Positions 30,701 to 37,031 of a stretch of 64,000 nt of DNA are shown in pieces; position 1 is the stretch's first letter, and every line of letters starts with the position of its first letter. A program made the translations under genes and the position numbers. The stretch covers positions 8,493 to 72,492 of the forward strand of contig JBGVRO010000052.1 of NCBI GenBank assembly GCA_045128515.1, given 5' to 3'. The notes beneath the pieces were generated by a model. The model had not been told where the DNA came from. It saw nothing but the letters and a program-made list of their open reading frames with translations, and did no database searches. Origin of the DNA: Eubacteriales bacterium (GTDB lineage: Bacteria > Bacillota > Clostridia > Oscillospirales > CAG-272).

Positions 30701-32316
30701 ATAACAGCAATAGCGCCTGCCTCGGCAGCGTACTGCACCTTTTCTTCGAAGGTAATATCACCTCTCTTAACGAGAGCGATCTTGCCGTTAACGTCGATGC
30801 CGGCATAGTTTATCTTCATACCTACACCGGGTACGGTAACGTAATCGAACACCACGCTCTCGCCCTCCTTGATGCCAAGCATCTGGAAGAAGTCGTACTC
30901 CTTTGCAGAGGTGTCAACCGAGGGGGTGAAGAAGATGGGGTTAGAGCCGTTAGCAAACATGTAGTTGTCCTTGTTACCATTAATGGAGGCAACGGACATA
31001 GCTGCATCGTATGTAGAAGGCGAACCGACAGTCGCAGAGTCGGGATTCTCGGTCTTATTGGTATTACCGTTTTCCGAGCCGAAGCCGCTACCGTAATCGT
31101 TAGAAGCTGCAACGACAAGAGAAATGCCTGCCTCCTCTATTCTGTTGTATACGTCATTCTTGTACTCTTTGTCAGGTGCGCTCTCGTATGTGAATCCACA
31201 GGAAGCACCAAGGCTCATGTTGATCGCGTCAACACCGAGAATAATGGAGTCCTCAAGAGCTGCAATGATATCACCCTCTTCAGCGCCGGAATCATAGTCA
31301 CTGAATACCTTCATGATAGCAAGCTGTGCGTCGATAGCAACACCGGTAATTTCTGTATCCTTACCTGCAATAATGCCGGCAACGTGAGTACCGTGGCTAT
31401 TCTCGAAAGGCATAATGTCAGGATCCTTGTCGGCATAGTCGTAACCGAATGCGATCTTGTCACCGGTGATATGGCCGTAATATACCTCACGGCTTGTAAG
31501 ACCTCCGTTGAGGCTATAAGCCTGAGTGCCGGGAAGAAGCTCCTCAATCATCTCACGGTTGTAATGAGGATCAGCGATCTGATAGCTCTTGAAGGCACTG
31601 TGAGAGTAATCGCAACCAGTGTCAAGAATAGCAACAACGGTGTCCTTACCGGTATAGCTTACGCTCTGGCTGTTGAAAATACCGGTATGGTAAACGTCAA
31701 CAGGGTTATTTACCGCATCAGCAGGAAGGTAAGAGTTAGAGATCATTACTCTCTCAACTCCCTCTACGGAAGTGATCGCATCGATCATATCGTAGGTTGT
31801 CTTTACAAAAGCACCGTCGGCAATATGAACGTAGCTGTATCTGACGTCGTTTACAAGGCCCTCAGCAACAAGACGGTCAAGAACGGTATTCTGTCTTGCG
31901 ACAAGCTCGTTCTTATAGTCGTTTGCGATCTTAGTATCCTTGAATTCCTCGTAGGTCATAACACCTGCATAACCGGATCTCGAATATGCATCAACAAGCG
32001 AGTCGTCGGAGAATGTAATGATAAGTCCTACACTACCCTTAAGCTGGTAGTCGCTTACCTTCTTGACCAATTCCTTATTAAGAGTTTTGATCAAATTCTT
32101 TTTGAGCTGCGCTGTGATCTCATCCGCATCAAGCTTTACGATGCCGGAAGGAGATACGGAGTTAGCTCCGTCGCCGCTCTGAGAAATCTGATTGGCAATA
32201 GCGCCGATGCTGATTGCAAGCACCTGCGTAATCAACACAAGTGCAAGAATAAACACAACGCATCTTGGCATAGTGCCTCTCAATTTCTTTCTGTTTTGTT
32301 TGGGTTCTTTGCGCAT
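24673..32316 (-). CDS. Giant cell-envelope S8 subtilisin-like serine protease (I9-like propeptide, PA-domain insert, Fn3-like, 2x Big_2, about 850 aa BspA-type LRR, C-terminal TM anchor)
   Basis: The ORF track starts at 32415. I prefer the ATG at 32316 (AGAGGAA SD 7 nt upstream; MRKEPKQNRKKLRGTMPRCVVFILALVLITQVLA signal/anchor), because the predicted promoter -10 at 32429..32434 puts the TSS near 32422. Catalytic motifs (track numbering): VAILDTGCDYSH (D265), HGTHVAGIIAG (H341), LSGTSMAAPNMCG (S665). PA insert NGKIALVKRGDITFEEKVQYAAEAGAIAVIVYNN. Big_2-like LKWISSDESVVAIHQGKIEALKEGSATISV and LSWTSSNPKVATVDENGVVTAESEGSARITL. TM WVIVLIVVGSVLVLGGGATVAVILI (24733..24810) followed by an acidic tail. 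Confidence 0.9.
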   Translation of the reverse strand: MRKEPKQNRKKLRGTMPRCVVFILALVLITQVLAISIGAIANQISQSGDGANSVSPSGIVKLDADEITAQLKKNLIKTLNKELVKKVSDYQLKGSVGLIITFSDDSLVDAYSRSGYAGVMTYEEFKDTKIANDYKNELVARQNTVLDRLVAEGLVNDVRYSYVHIADGAFVKTTYDMIDAITSVEGVERVMISNSYLPADAVNNPVDVYHTGIFNSQSVSYTGKDTVVAILDTGCDYSHSAFKSYQIADPHYNREMIEELLPGTQAYSLNGGLTSREVYYGHITGDKIAFGYDYADKDPDIMPFENSHGTHVAGIIAGKDTEITGVAIDAQLAIMKVFSDYDSGAEEGDIIAALEDSIILGVDAINMSLGASCGFTYESAPDKEYKNDVYNRIEEAGISLVVAASNDYGSGFGSENGNTNKTENPDSATVGSPSTYDAAMSVASINGNKDNYMFANGSNPIFFTPSVDTSAKEYDFFQMLGIKEGESVVFDYVTVPGVGMKINYAGIDVNGKIALVKRGDITFEEKVQYAAEAGAIAVIVYNNVFGDLTMTIGNDAKIPAVFIGKDEGDLLAALESGTLEFDLKNVAGPFMSDFSSWGPNPDLSLKPEITAHGGNILSAVVGGEYDKLSGTSMAAPNMCGITVLIRQYVKETFPELSVVEVRDLVNQLTMSTATIALDKKGNPYSPRKQGAGIADIAKSTTTPAYLSVDGINKTKLELKDDPTRSGVYKMTVNLNNISDRALSYKLGNITMTESVSVSDPEYVAEMAYILSNTSEYSVEGGTLENGIVTVAAGATAKVTVTITLSAEDKSYLNSTFVNGMYVEGYITFDSTEEKGIDLNAPFLAFYGDWAEAPLFDLDYYEVETEAHNDAIDDDEKIKADYYATTPLGSYYYDYVLPLGSYVYNMAPGYTAIPATQERAAISYYADTISGIYGVFAGLLRGAKEMSIQIVDTSTGDVVWEDVQYNCYKAHFNGSPYPYACSINLPTVNYETGEVIGNNNTKFEVTMSAKLDWDGGDNISDTYTFSFYIDYEAPTIVDYKYRTEYDKALDKNRYYVDLTVYDNHYAMSVRPIGVYDTFDETKQEEVLTYSSISENPIPIYQENRGESTLVSFEITDYLDIISTTKMSSGLTLYIDDYAMNASICYIPFDNTDGDIEFMENEIELDINETFDLTSFFVYKDTTDAVSPDYLNTLKWISSDESVVAIHQGKIEALKEGSATISVTSDSWVKKTNVNDSYLNVPQYKQIVIKVTDQVITDNPESGQNVSIEDLDFLSYETLFAFNSDIDYSEIGSTGSINYFDGNYSISCYPSEQIKLNPQIKPWNISEDRYTLSWTSSNPKVATVDENGVVTAESEGSARITLKITIDGKTSLLAARLSVNVKSEFIIENRTLVAYKGKGGHVVIPDDEGIMYIGDFAFSHYDLDNEKEVEKDENGYYDIDEKKSAIGNNTVTSVVIPEGVEAINKYAFFNCTKLTDVTLPTTCKTIGEYAFADSVLLKNVNFDNVKVVADYAFSDCKSLSCEDIGGAKTAELYSVGNYAFKNTRFYSLPLTKLVRIGIGAFSGCSKLESVDLGESTRVGEKMFENTALTSVTVYGDSIADEAFKGCEALKSLVIVNDLTYLGISTFEGCKVLESVDIKSSLEEIGAGAFKGCKKLTSLQLPDGAIKIRDDAFASSGLATLKLSADTELTYLGVALFRDVKTFDIDVNSSNIYIKENGTVYNKEKDTIVFVLPAAASSNTYTVIAGVKEIGSGAFSSLPKLATVIFEDGSALKYIGENAFADCTKLNTVELPDGEIVIADFAFYGTGNLRNIDLSGVTSVGHYAFYDSALKNVDLSGATEIGIGAFYHCITLSSVVLGENVSIGEYAFAESSVKTVSLAGDATLAEGAFYTCTSLTSFDFMDLTGTIPMYAFYGCTSLTEIVAPKITEIEESAFSDCYALAVLDAASLKIIGNSAFCPLIEEAVKANDIKSVNLPSLEYVGEGAFYGMIYLESIDLSKVTNLGYGALALCQALKSVTLTDTLEEVGDYAFYGCTSLTEIDLSNLVTIGEGAFYGVNLPADLNLEKAEHIDGYAFIEEDGKNYIVTVNAPNLKSVGDQAFAGCLKLESVYAPVLESVGYGAFAYTAITEFEIGNALRDAGLNIFESSESFKGFYTVIDGEKVYTAELDNVIIDGGALYTKGKFGYVLTTYPMAKEDAEYSVLEGTVRVEFGAALGNKFLEKVTLPSTLKYIGNYAFDGCEKLNTVVFRSYYAPVLEGTMTGEGIEINYDNMADYSDFDLLYKYDYYFVANGIVSAPLYYNTFKGIIGSKTTDGLVAVLPENCSGYDTLIYNAYFTTSEENSGITAGKFAVEFMDAVDKLPAEIDRFDKTLVYAAITAYNALMAHPEEVEFVDDAYFATFETARSAYNVDYVTDKIAHLYDMDKLEYCFNNVKEAKKAYDALSASDKALITNAAVLDQKIAELNAIYGKVVDFSLSYKDNVGTEEEAPENPGENDNNNEQPKEGLKTWVIVLIVVGSVLVLGGGATVAVILIKKKGTSVCKEETEVTEEESV
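25588..28158 (-). repeat. Protein-level BspA-type (LRR_5) repeat array inside the protease gene
   Basis: Repeating units such as VTLPxTxKxIGEYAFxxCxxLxxV, from about aa 1420 to 2276 (track numbering). Same repeat family as in the 2864-aa protein. Confidence 0.7.
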
Positions 32317-32428
32317 TTGAATTTCCTCTATTTCTTTTTTTATTAAACAAAGTTGATGGCGACAAAATCTGTGAGACGGATTTTGCGCTTTCCTAAGCTG
32401 TAACAGTAAAGCCAATTTTACTTATTAT

Positions 32429-32457
32429 ATTATATCACATGCGCGAAAAAAAAGCAA
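32429..32457 (-). promoter_or_regulatory. Putative sigma-A promoter of the protease/Opp operon (TTGCTT-17 nt-TATAAT, TGn-extended -10)
   Basis: Minus strand reads TTGCTT (32457..32452), a 17-nt spacer ending TGA, then TATAAT (32434..32429). Leaves a 5' UTR of about 105 nt before the ATG at 32316. Confidence 0.5.
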
Positions 32458-32884
32458 TATTTAATATATAATTTATTATTTTTCGTCATTTTTACAAAAT
32501 TTGTGCATTTTTGCAAGTTTGTTCTGTGTAACTTGCACTATTGTTTTTGAGCTGAATATGAAAGTTTGCCCAAAAAATTTACTAAAAATTCACATTTAAA
32601 TTTTATCAGCATCAGAGACGGATAACGAGCCTAACACGATTCAAAATATTTATATAAATCTTTGGCGCATACGCATCGCGATTGTCAAGTAATTTAATAT
32701 GCCCAAACCTATGATTTTCTTCCACAAAGAAATTGTTTATTTTGTTTGTATTTTTTAAATAAATGCATAATTATTCATCAATTATGCATGGCAAATTTTC
32801 CCTCAAAACATCCCCAAAATGCAACTTTTTGCTTCACAAAATTCGTGACATAGATAGGTATATTTGAGGACGCTAACTCCTCTG

Positions 32885-32920
32885 CAAATAAAAAAAGAAC
32901 CGCCTCACACGGCGGTTCTT
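32885..32920 (-). terminator. Rho-independent terminator downstream of the YhhN-family gene
   Basis: Perfect 10-bp stem AAGAACCGCC / GGCGGTTCTT with a 6-nt loop. On the minus strand it is followed by TTTTTATTT. Confidence 0.7.
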
Positions 32921-32936
32921 TTCTACATTATTATTA

Positions 32937-33626
32937 TTATAATAAAATGCTGAATGCGATTGCGATTTGAGCCAAATAATATGCAACGTGCAGAGCGATA
33001 TTTTGCTTGAATTTGGGATTTTCTGAAAGCTTGTATGCGAAAAGAATGTTATCGCTTGCGGCGAAGAGTATACCGCCAAGTGCAAAGAGTCCGGCACCCA
33101 CAGTAAGCTGCTTAAAGAACACTCCGATCGCCGTGGCTGCCATAAATATCACGATACATATGTAAAGCATCAGCGAGTATTTCATGCTTCCCTTATAGAA
33201 TTTTCTATATCTCTCATAAATCATGGAAAGTGTTGCTAAAACAACGAACGAGACTATCAAAGCAACAACGCTTAATTTCCCGTTTGAGAACAATGCAATT
33301 ATGTAAAGTATGTGACCGATAACAAAGAAACTGCCACCACCGATGAAAAACTGCATATCATATTTAGGCAAATTTTGACAAAGGGCAATAACCTCGTCAC
33401 CAACGATGCCAAAGCAAAGACCGATAAAAATGAGAGTAGATGTTATTGACGGCTCGCTTGTCAAAAGACCGACTATGCCGAGTATTACGAAGCACAGGCT
33501 TGCAACTCCCTTAAAAAGCAGAGCGTGATTAAATTTACCACGATAAAATGCCATTAAAAACAGTGTAACAAATACACCGCAAATCGGCACTAATAGGAAT
33601 CCTGCAAGCATTAACTCGGGTGTCAT
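32937..33626 (-). CDS. YhhN-family (lysoplasmalogenase-like) integral membrane protein
   Basis: 229 aa, about 8 TM helices. YhhN-like motifs GLCFGIVGDEVIAL, FFVIGHILYIIALF and LGGILFAASDNILFAYKL. Confidence 0.65.
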   Translation of the reverse strand: MTPELMLAGFLLVPICGVFVTLFLMAFYRGKFNHALLFKGVASLCFVILGIVGLLTSEPSITSTLIFIGLCFGIVGDEVIALCQNLPKYDMQFFIGGGSFFVIGHILYIIALFSNGKLSVVALIVSFVVLATLSMIYERYRKFYKGSMKYSLMLYICIVIFMAATAIGVFFKQLTVGAGLFALGGILFAASDNILFAYKLSENPKFKQNIALHVAYYLAQIAIAFSILL

Positions 33627-33725
33627 ACATCCTCCAAAAAGATCTTTTATTTAAGTATAGCACATAAAATTGCACTTTGCAATACATTTGTCACATAAAA
33701 AACAAAAATACAAAAAATCTTAAGA

Positions 33726-33754
33726 TTGACAAGGCATGGATCAGATGATATAAT
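33726..33754 (+). promoter_or_regulatory. Consensus sigma-A promoter (TTGACA-17 nt-TATAAT, TGn-extended) for the pectinesterase gene
   Basis: TTGACA at 33726..33731, a 17-nt spacer ending TGA, TATAAT at 33749..33754. GGAGGTG SD at 33763..33769 and ATG at 33774. Confidence 0.6.
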
Positions 33755-33773
33755 GTAGTTATGGAGGTGCGGT

Positions 33774-34529
33774 ATGGAACAGATTCACATAAGCGAAAGC
33801 AACCTTTTAATAGAAAATAGAATTTTCAGCAGCTCACACTATGCCCGAGAGGAAATGGACGACGGCACAAAAAGAGGCACCTTCAGAAGCTACACACTAC
33901 TTGTCGACGGAAACAACGTCCATTTCAAAAACTGTGTTTTCGAAAACACTGCAGGACGAGGATGCGTCGTAGGACAGGCTATTGCCCTATATCTTGACGG
34001 TGATGGAATCACACTCGAGGATTGTGTTCTTCGCGGACATCAGGACACTCTATTTCTCGCTCCCCTGCCCGACAAGGAGATAATCCCCGGCGGTTTTACA
34101 GGGCCAAAGCAATTCACAGACAGGGTCAGACGAACATATCACTTTAAAAATTGCAGAATTGAGGGTGGTGTTGATTTTATTTTCGGCGGTGCAACGGCAT
34201 ATTTTGATAATTGTGAATTCGTAAGTGTTGAAGAGGGCTATGTTTTCGCCCCCTCCACCCCCCAAGACGTGGAGGTTGGATTTGTAGCAAGAAACTGCAG
34301 ATTTACCGCAATTGACGGAGTATCAAAGGGATCCTGCTTTATTGGTCGTCCATGGAGAAATCACGCTTATATCAGGCTTGAGAGCTGTTATCTCGGCGAG
34401 CATATCAACCCACGCGGATTTGATGATTGGGGCAAAACAGAGTCTCACGAAACGGTAAGATTCTACGAAACCGGCTCATTCGGTCCGGGTGCTTTTGGAG
34501 CGCGATCGGAGTTTGTGAGCGCAACTTGA
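33774..34529 (+). CDS. Pectinesterase (CE8 pectin methylesterase), short form without a signal peptide
   Basis: 251 aa. CE8 motifs GQAIALYL, LRGHQDTLFL, VDFIFGGATAYFDNCEF and IGRPWRNHAYIRL…W. It lacks the 45 aa or so that normally precede the first conserved Gln in plant and bacterial PMEs. Confidence 0.85.
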   Translation: MEQIHISESNLLIENRIFSSSHYAREEMDDGTKRGTFRSYTLLVDGNNVHFKNCVFENTAGRGCVVGQAIALYLDGDGITLEDCVLRGHQDTLFLAPLPDKEIIPGGFTGPKQFTDRVRRTYHFKNCRIEGGVDFIFGGATAYFDNCEFVSVEEGYVFAPSTPQDVEVGFVARNCRFTAIDGVSKGSCFIGRPWRNHAYIRLESCYLGEHINPRGFDDWGKTESHETVRFYETGSFGPGAFGARSEFVSAT

Positions 34530-34591
34530 CAACTATAGATTATATTTACGCACTTTAACGTTCAAAAACCAGCCATTAAACCAAATAAATA

Positions 34592-34629
34592 TCCCACCGT
34601 GCAAAATTTTCGCACGGTGGGACTTTTTT
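34592..34629 (+). terminator. Rho-independent terminator between convergent genes
   Basis: Perfect 11-bp stem TCCCACCGTGC / GCACGGTGGGA with a 9-nt loop, followed by CTTTTTTAT. Confidence 0.75.
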
Positions 34630-34645
34630 ATGAATTATGCTTTAA

Positions 34646-36769
34646 TTATAATACGCGACCTATTTCCTCGTTGCGGATATTAGCACCGGTGCAATCACCG
34701 CCTGCAGTAACAGTTACGTTAGTAGCAGTATTGCCGTATACATAATCTGCCTTTGCAGCACCTGCGATCTGACCTGCGTCACGACCTGCAGTTACGGTAG
34801 AATTCTGTGCGTTGTTGTTAGTTACAACACCCTGGTTAACGTAACCAACGATAATGCCTGCCTTGTCGCCGCATGCATCGTCATTTGCGTGAGTGCAGTT
34901 AACGGTAGCATTCTTAACGGTACAGTTAGAGATCTTACCGGAAAGATAACCTGCGATTACACCAGTCCAGTGGTGACCGTTTACCTCTGCGCCATCAACG
35001 GTAAGGTTTACGATCTGAGCATCTCCTGCATCGATAAAGCCGAAGAGACCTGCAGCATAGTTCTTACCCTCATCGTAAGCGTTATCGGTAACCTTAAGGT
35101 TCTTAATGGTGTAGCCCTTACCGTCGAACATACCCTGGAAATATGTAGCAACACCGTTTCCACCGGTCTGACCAATAGGAGTCCACTCTGCGTTCTCAAG
35201 GTCGATATCAGCGCCAAGAACTACAAGCTTGCCTGCAAAGCCATTGCCGTTAACGTTAACCTCGTTAGCAAAAGCAAAGAGCTCTTCCTTGGTAGTGATA
35301 ACAAGGTCAGGGGTAACAACCTTAATTACCTCGTTATCGCTGCAAGTAAAGTTGAAGGTAGCAACGTCGGTGTCAGTCTCATAAATGAAGAGACCCTGAT
35401 CGCCTGCCTGACAGTTGATGAAATCACTGTTCTTAATGGTAATAGTGGTATCTGCGTTTACATCACCAATTGCCACACCGGGCTTCTTGGAGATGTTGTC
35501 GAAGGTACAGTTGTCAACGAGAATTGTGCCAACCTCTGTGCCGTAATCCTCATGAGTCTTAAGACCGCGAGGACCTGCGAAGGTACAACCGGTGAAGGTT
35601 GCATCGCCGTTAGCTACCCATACGCCGTACTCGTTATCCTTGTTGGAGTTGAAGGTACAGTTGGTGAAGATAGCGGAATCGCCCTCAACCATAACTGCAT
35701 TTACGAACTCAACGTTCTCGAATACTACGTTACCCTGGAACTCAAGATAACCGAATTCCCAAGAGCCTTCTGCATAAGAAACGGACTCGTCAACGATCTT
35801 AGCATTCTTGATTACAAGAGTACCGCCGTTAGCCATACGGATGGGGCCAACACCTGCGCCTGTAGCGGTGATTGTGTTACCGTTAGCGTCGATGATAAGC
35901 TCCTTAACAGCAGCATTTTCGTCAACCCAAGGAGTAGAACCGAGTGCTGCGCCTGTTTCCCAGCTCATAGGAGCTGCGAGCTGAACGAGAACGGACTCTT
36001 CGGTTGCGCTGTTGATCTCTGCAAGAGTACCTGCAAGAGTACCGGTGCTGTCAACGGTGTAGGTCTTCTCTGTGTAAACTGCATCCTTGTCGTAGTCAGG
36101 ACCAAAGCTGTCGTTTTCAGCAGCCTGCTGAGTTGCATAGAGGTTTACGCCAAGCTCGATGGTAGGCATATCGTCCTCACGGTAGTTAGCCTCGTTGCCA
36201 ACAGACTCAGGCATGTAAACGATAAGAGCTACGTAATCACGGCCATTAACCTCGAGCGCTGTGGTCGCACCGTTGTAATCGGTAAGACCCTTGGAGTCGC
36301 CTGCAGCAGCAATAGCCTCTTCTCTGCTGTAAGCAGTAGTAGGCTCTGCGTCGAAGGGAACAACGCTGAATACAAGGTGATCGGAAAGCTTGAACTCCTC
36401 ACCTGCTACGTTTGTGCCGGCATCTTCATCGATGATGTTAACGCCAAGCTTGTACTTGAGAGCGAGAGTACCGAGGTTAGCAACCTCAAGATATACAACC
36501 TCTACTCTGCCGGGCTCCCAAAGAGCATCGGGATCAAACACCTTAACTGTGTCATCTACATCTGACCAGCCGGTGATTGCGCCATTTTCAATCTTAGCAT
36601 ACTTGAGACCAATGTCAAGATTACCGGACTGAATGATGTTGTTGCCACTTGTCACACTATCGGTAAACCATGCAAATGTTGTTCCGAGAAGAGCAGATAC
36701 GCACAACACGAGAACAAGAGTTGCAGAAACCAAAGCGGACTTTGTGCTTCTTCTTGTAGTCATTTTCAT
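34646..36769 (-). CDS. Secreted protein: SipW-class signal peptide/TasA-camelysin-like N-domain + right-handed beta-helix repeats + GLUG-like C-terminal region
   Basis: 707 aa. AAGGAGG SD. N-terminus MKMTTRRSTKSALVSATLVLVLCVSALLGTTFAWFTDSVTSGNNIIQSGNLDI, the TasA/CalY-type AWFTD signature. Beta-helix repeats (NCTFNSN…, GCTFAGP…, DNCTFDN…, NSDFINC…). C-terminal FQGMFDGKGYTIKNLKV…AAGLFGFI…VNLTV (GLUG-like). Confidence 0.75.
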   Translation of the reverse strand: MKMTTRRSTKSALVSATLVLVLCVSALLGTTFAWFTDSVTSGNNIIQSGNLDIGLKYAKIENGAITGWSDVDDTVKVFDPDALWEPGRVEVVYLEVANLGTLALKYKLGVNIIDEDAGTNVAGEEFKLSDHLVFSVVPFDAEPTTAYSREEAIAAAGDSKGLTDYNGATTALEVNGRDYVALIVYMPESVGNEANYREDDMPTIELGVNLYATQQAAENDSFGPDYDKDAVYTEKTYTVDSTGTLAGTLAEINSATEESVLVQLAAPMSWETGAALGSTPWVDENAAVKELIIDANGNTITATGAGVGPIRMANGGTLVIKNAKIVDESVSYAEGSWEFGYLEFQGNVVFENVEFVNAVMVEGDSAIFTNCTFNSNKDNEYGVWVANGDATFTGCTFAGPRGLKTHEDYGTEVGTILVDNCTFDNISKKPGVAIGDVNADTTITIKNSDFINCQAGDQGLFIYETDTDVATFNFTCSDNEVIKVVTPDLVITTKEELFAFANEVNVNGNGFAGKLVVLGADIDLENAEWTPIGQTGGNGVATYFQGMFDGKGYTIKNLKVTDNAYDEGKNYAAGLFGFIDAGDAQIVNLTVDGAEVNGHHWTGVIAGYLSGKISNCTVKNATVNCTHANDDACGDKAGIIVGYVNQGVVTNNNAQNSTVTAGRDAGQIAGAAKADYVYGNTATNVTVTAGGDCTGANIRNEEIGRVL

Positions 36770-36959
36770 GACCTCCTTAAAACATTAGATTCGTGAATTT
36801 TTATTAAAAAATACACGCATACAGGTACATTATATAATTTTATTAAAAGATTGTTATTTTTTAGTTCATAATTTTACTTTAAAGTTGACAAAAGTTTTAT
36901 TAATTTCATATTTTATGCAAAAAATTAATTATTTTTAAGAATTTATTCAAAAAATTTAG

Positions 36960-36988
36960 TTGAATTAGTCAAGAAAAAGGTCTATAAT
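36960..36988 (+). promoter_or_regulatory. Putative sigma-A promoter (TTGAAT-17 nt-TATAAT) for the phosphatidyltransferase gene
   Basis: TTGAAT at 36960..36965, a 17-nt spacer, TATAAT at 36983..36988, about 45 nt upstream of the start codon. Confidence 0.5.
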
Positions 36989-37031
36989 AAAGTCAGAAAT
37001 ACATTCTTTTCATTTTTTGGAGGATTTTGCC

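Noticed and set aside
32317-32415. Upstream start (MALLLQLRKAQNPSHRF…) for the giant protease.
   Set aside because: It lies essentially at the predicted TSS, has no SD, and encodes a non-signal-like peptide. The ATG at 32316 gives a proper SD and signal/anchor sequence.
32494-32848. A possible invertible (phase-variable) promoter segment flanked by inverted repeats around CACAAAWTT.
   Set aside because: The two arms match only about 60 percent when aligned by eye. The candidate promoter lies outside them, and no recombinase or invertase gene is nearby.
32873-33097. A 74-aa minus-strand ORF spanning the YhhN terminator.
   Set aside because: It overlaps the 3' end of the YhhN-family gene in another frame and runs through a strong terminator hairpin. 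It has no SD.
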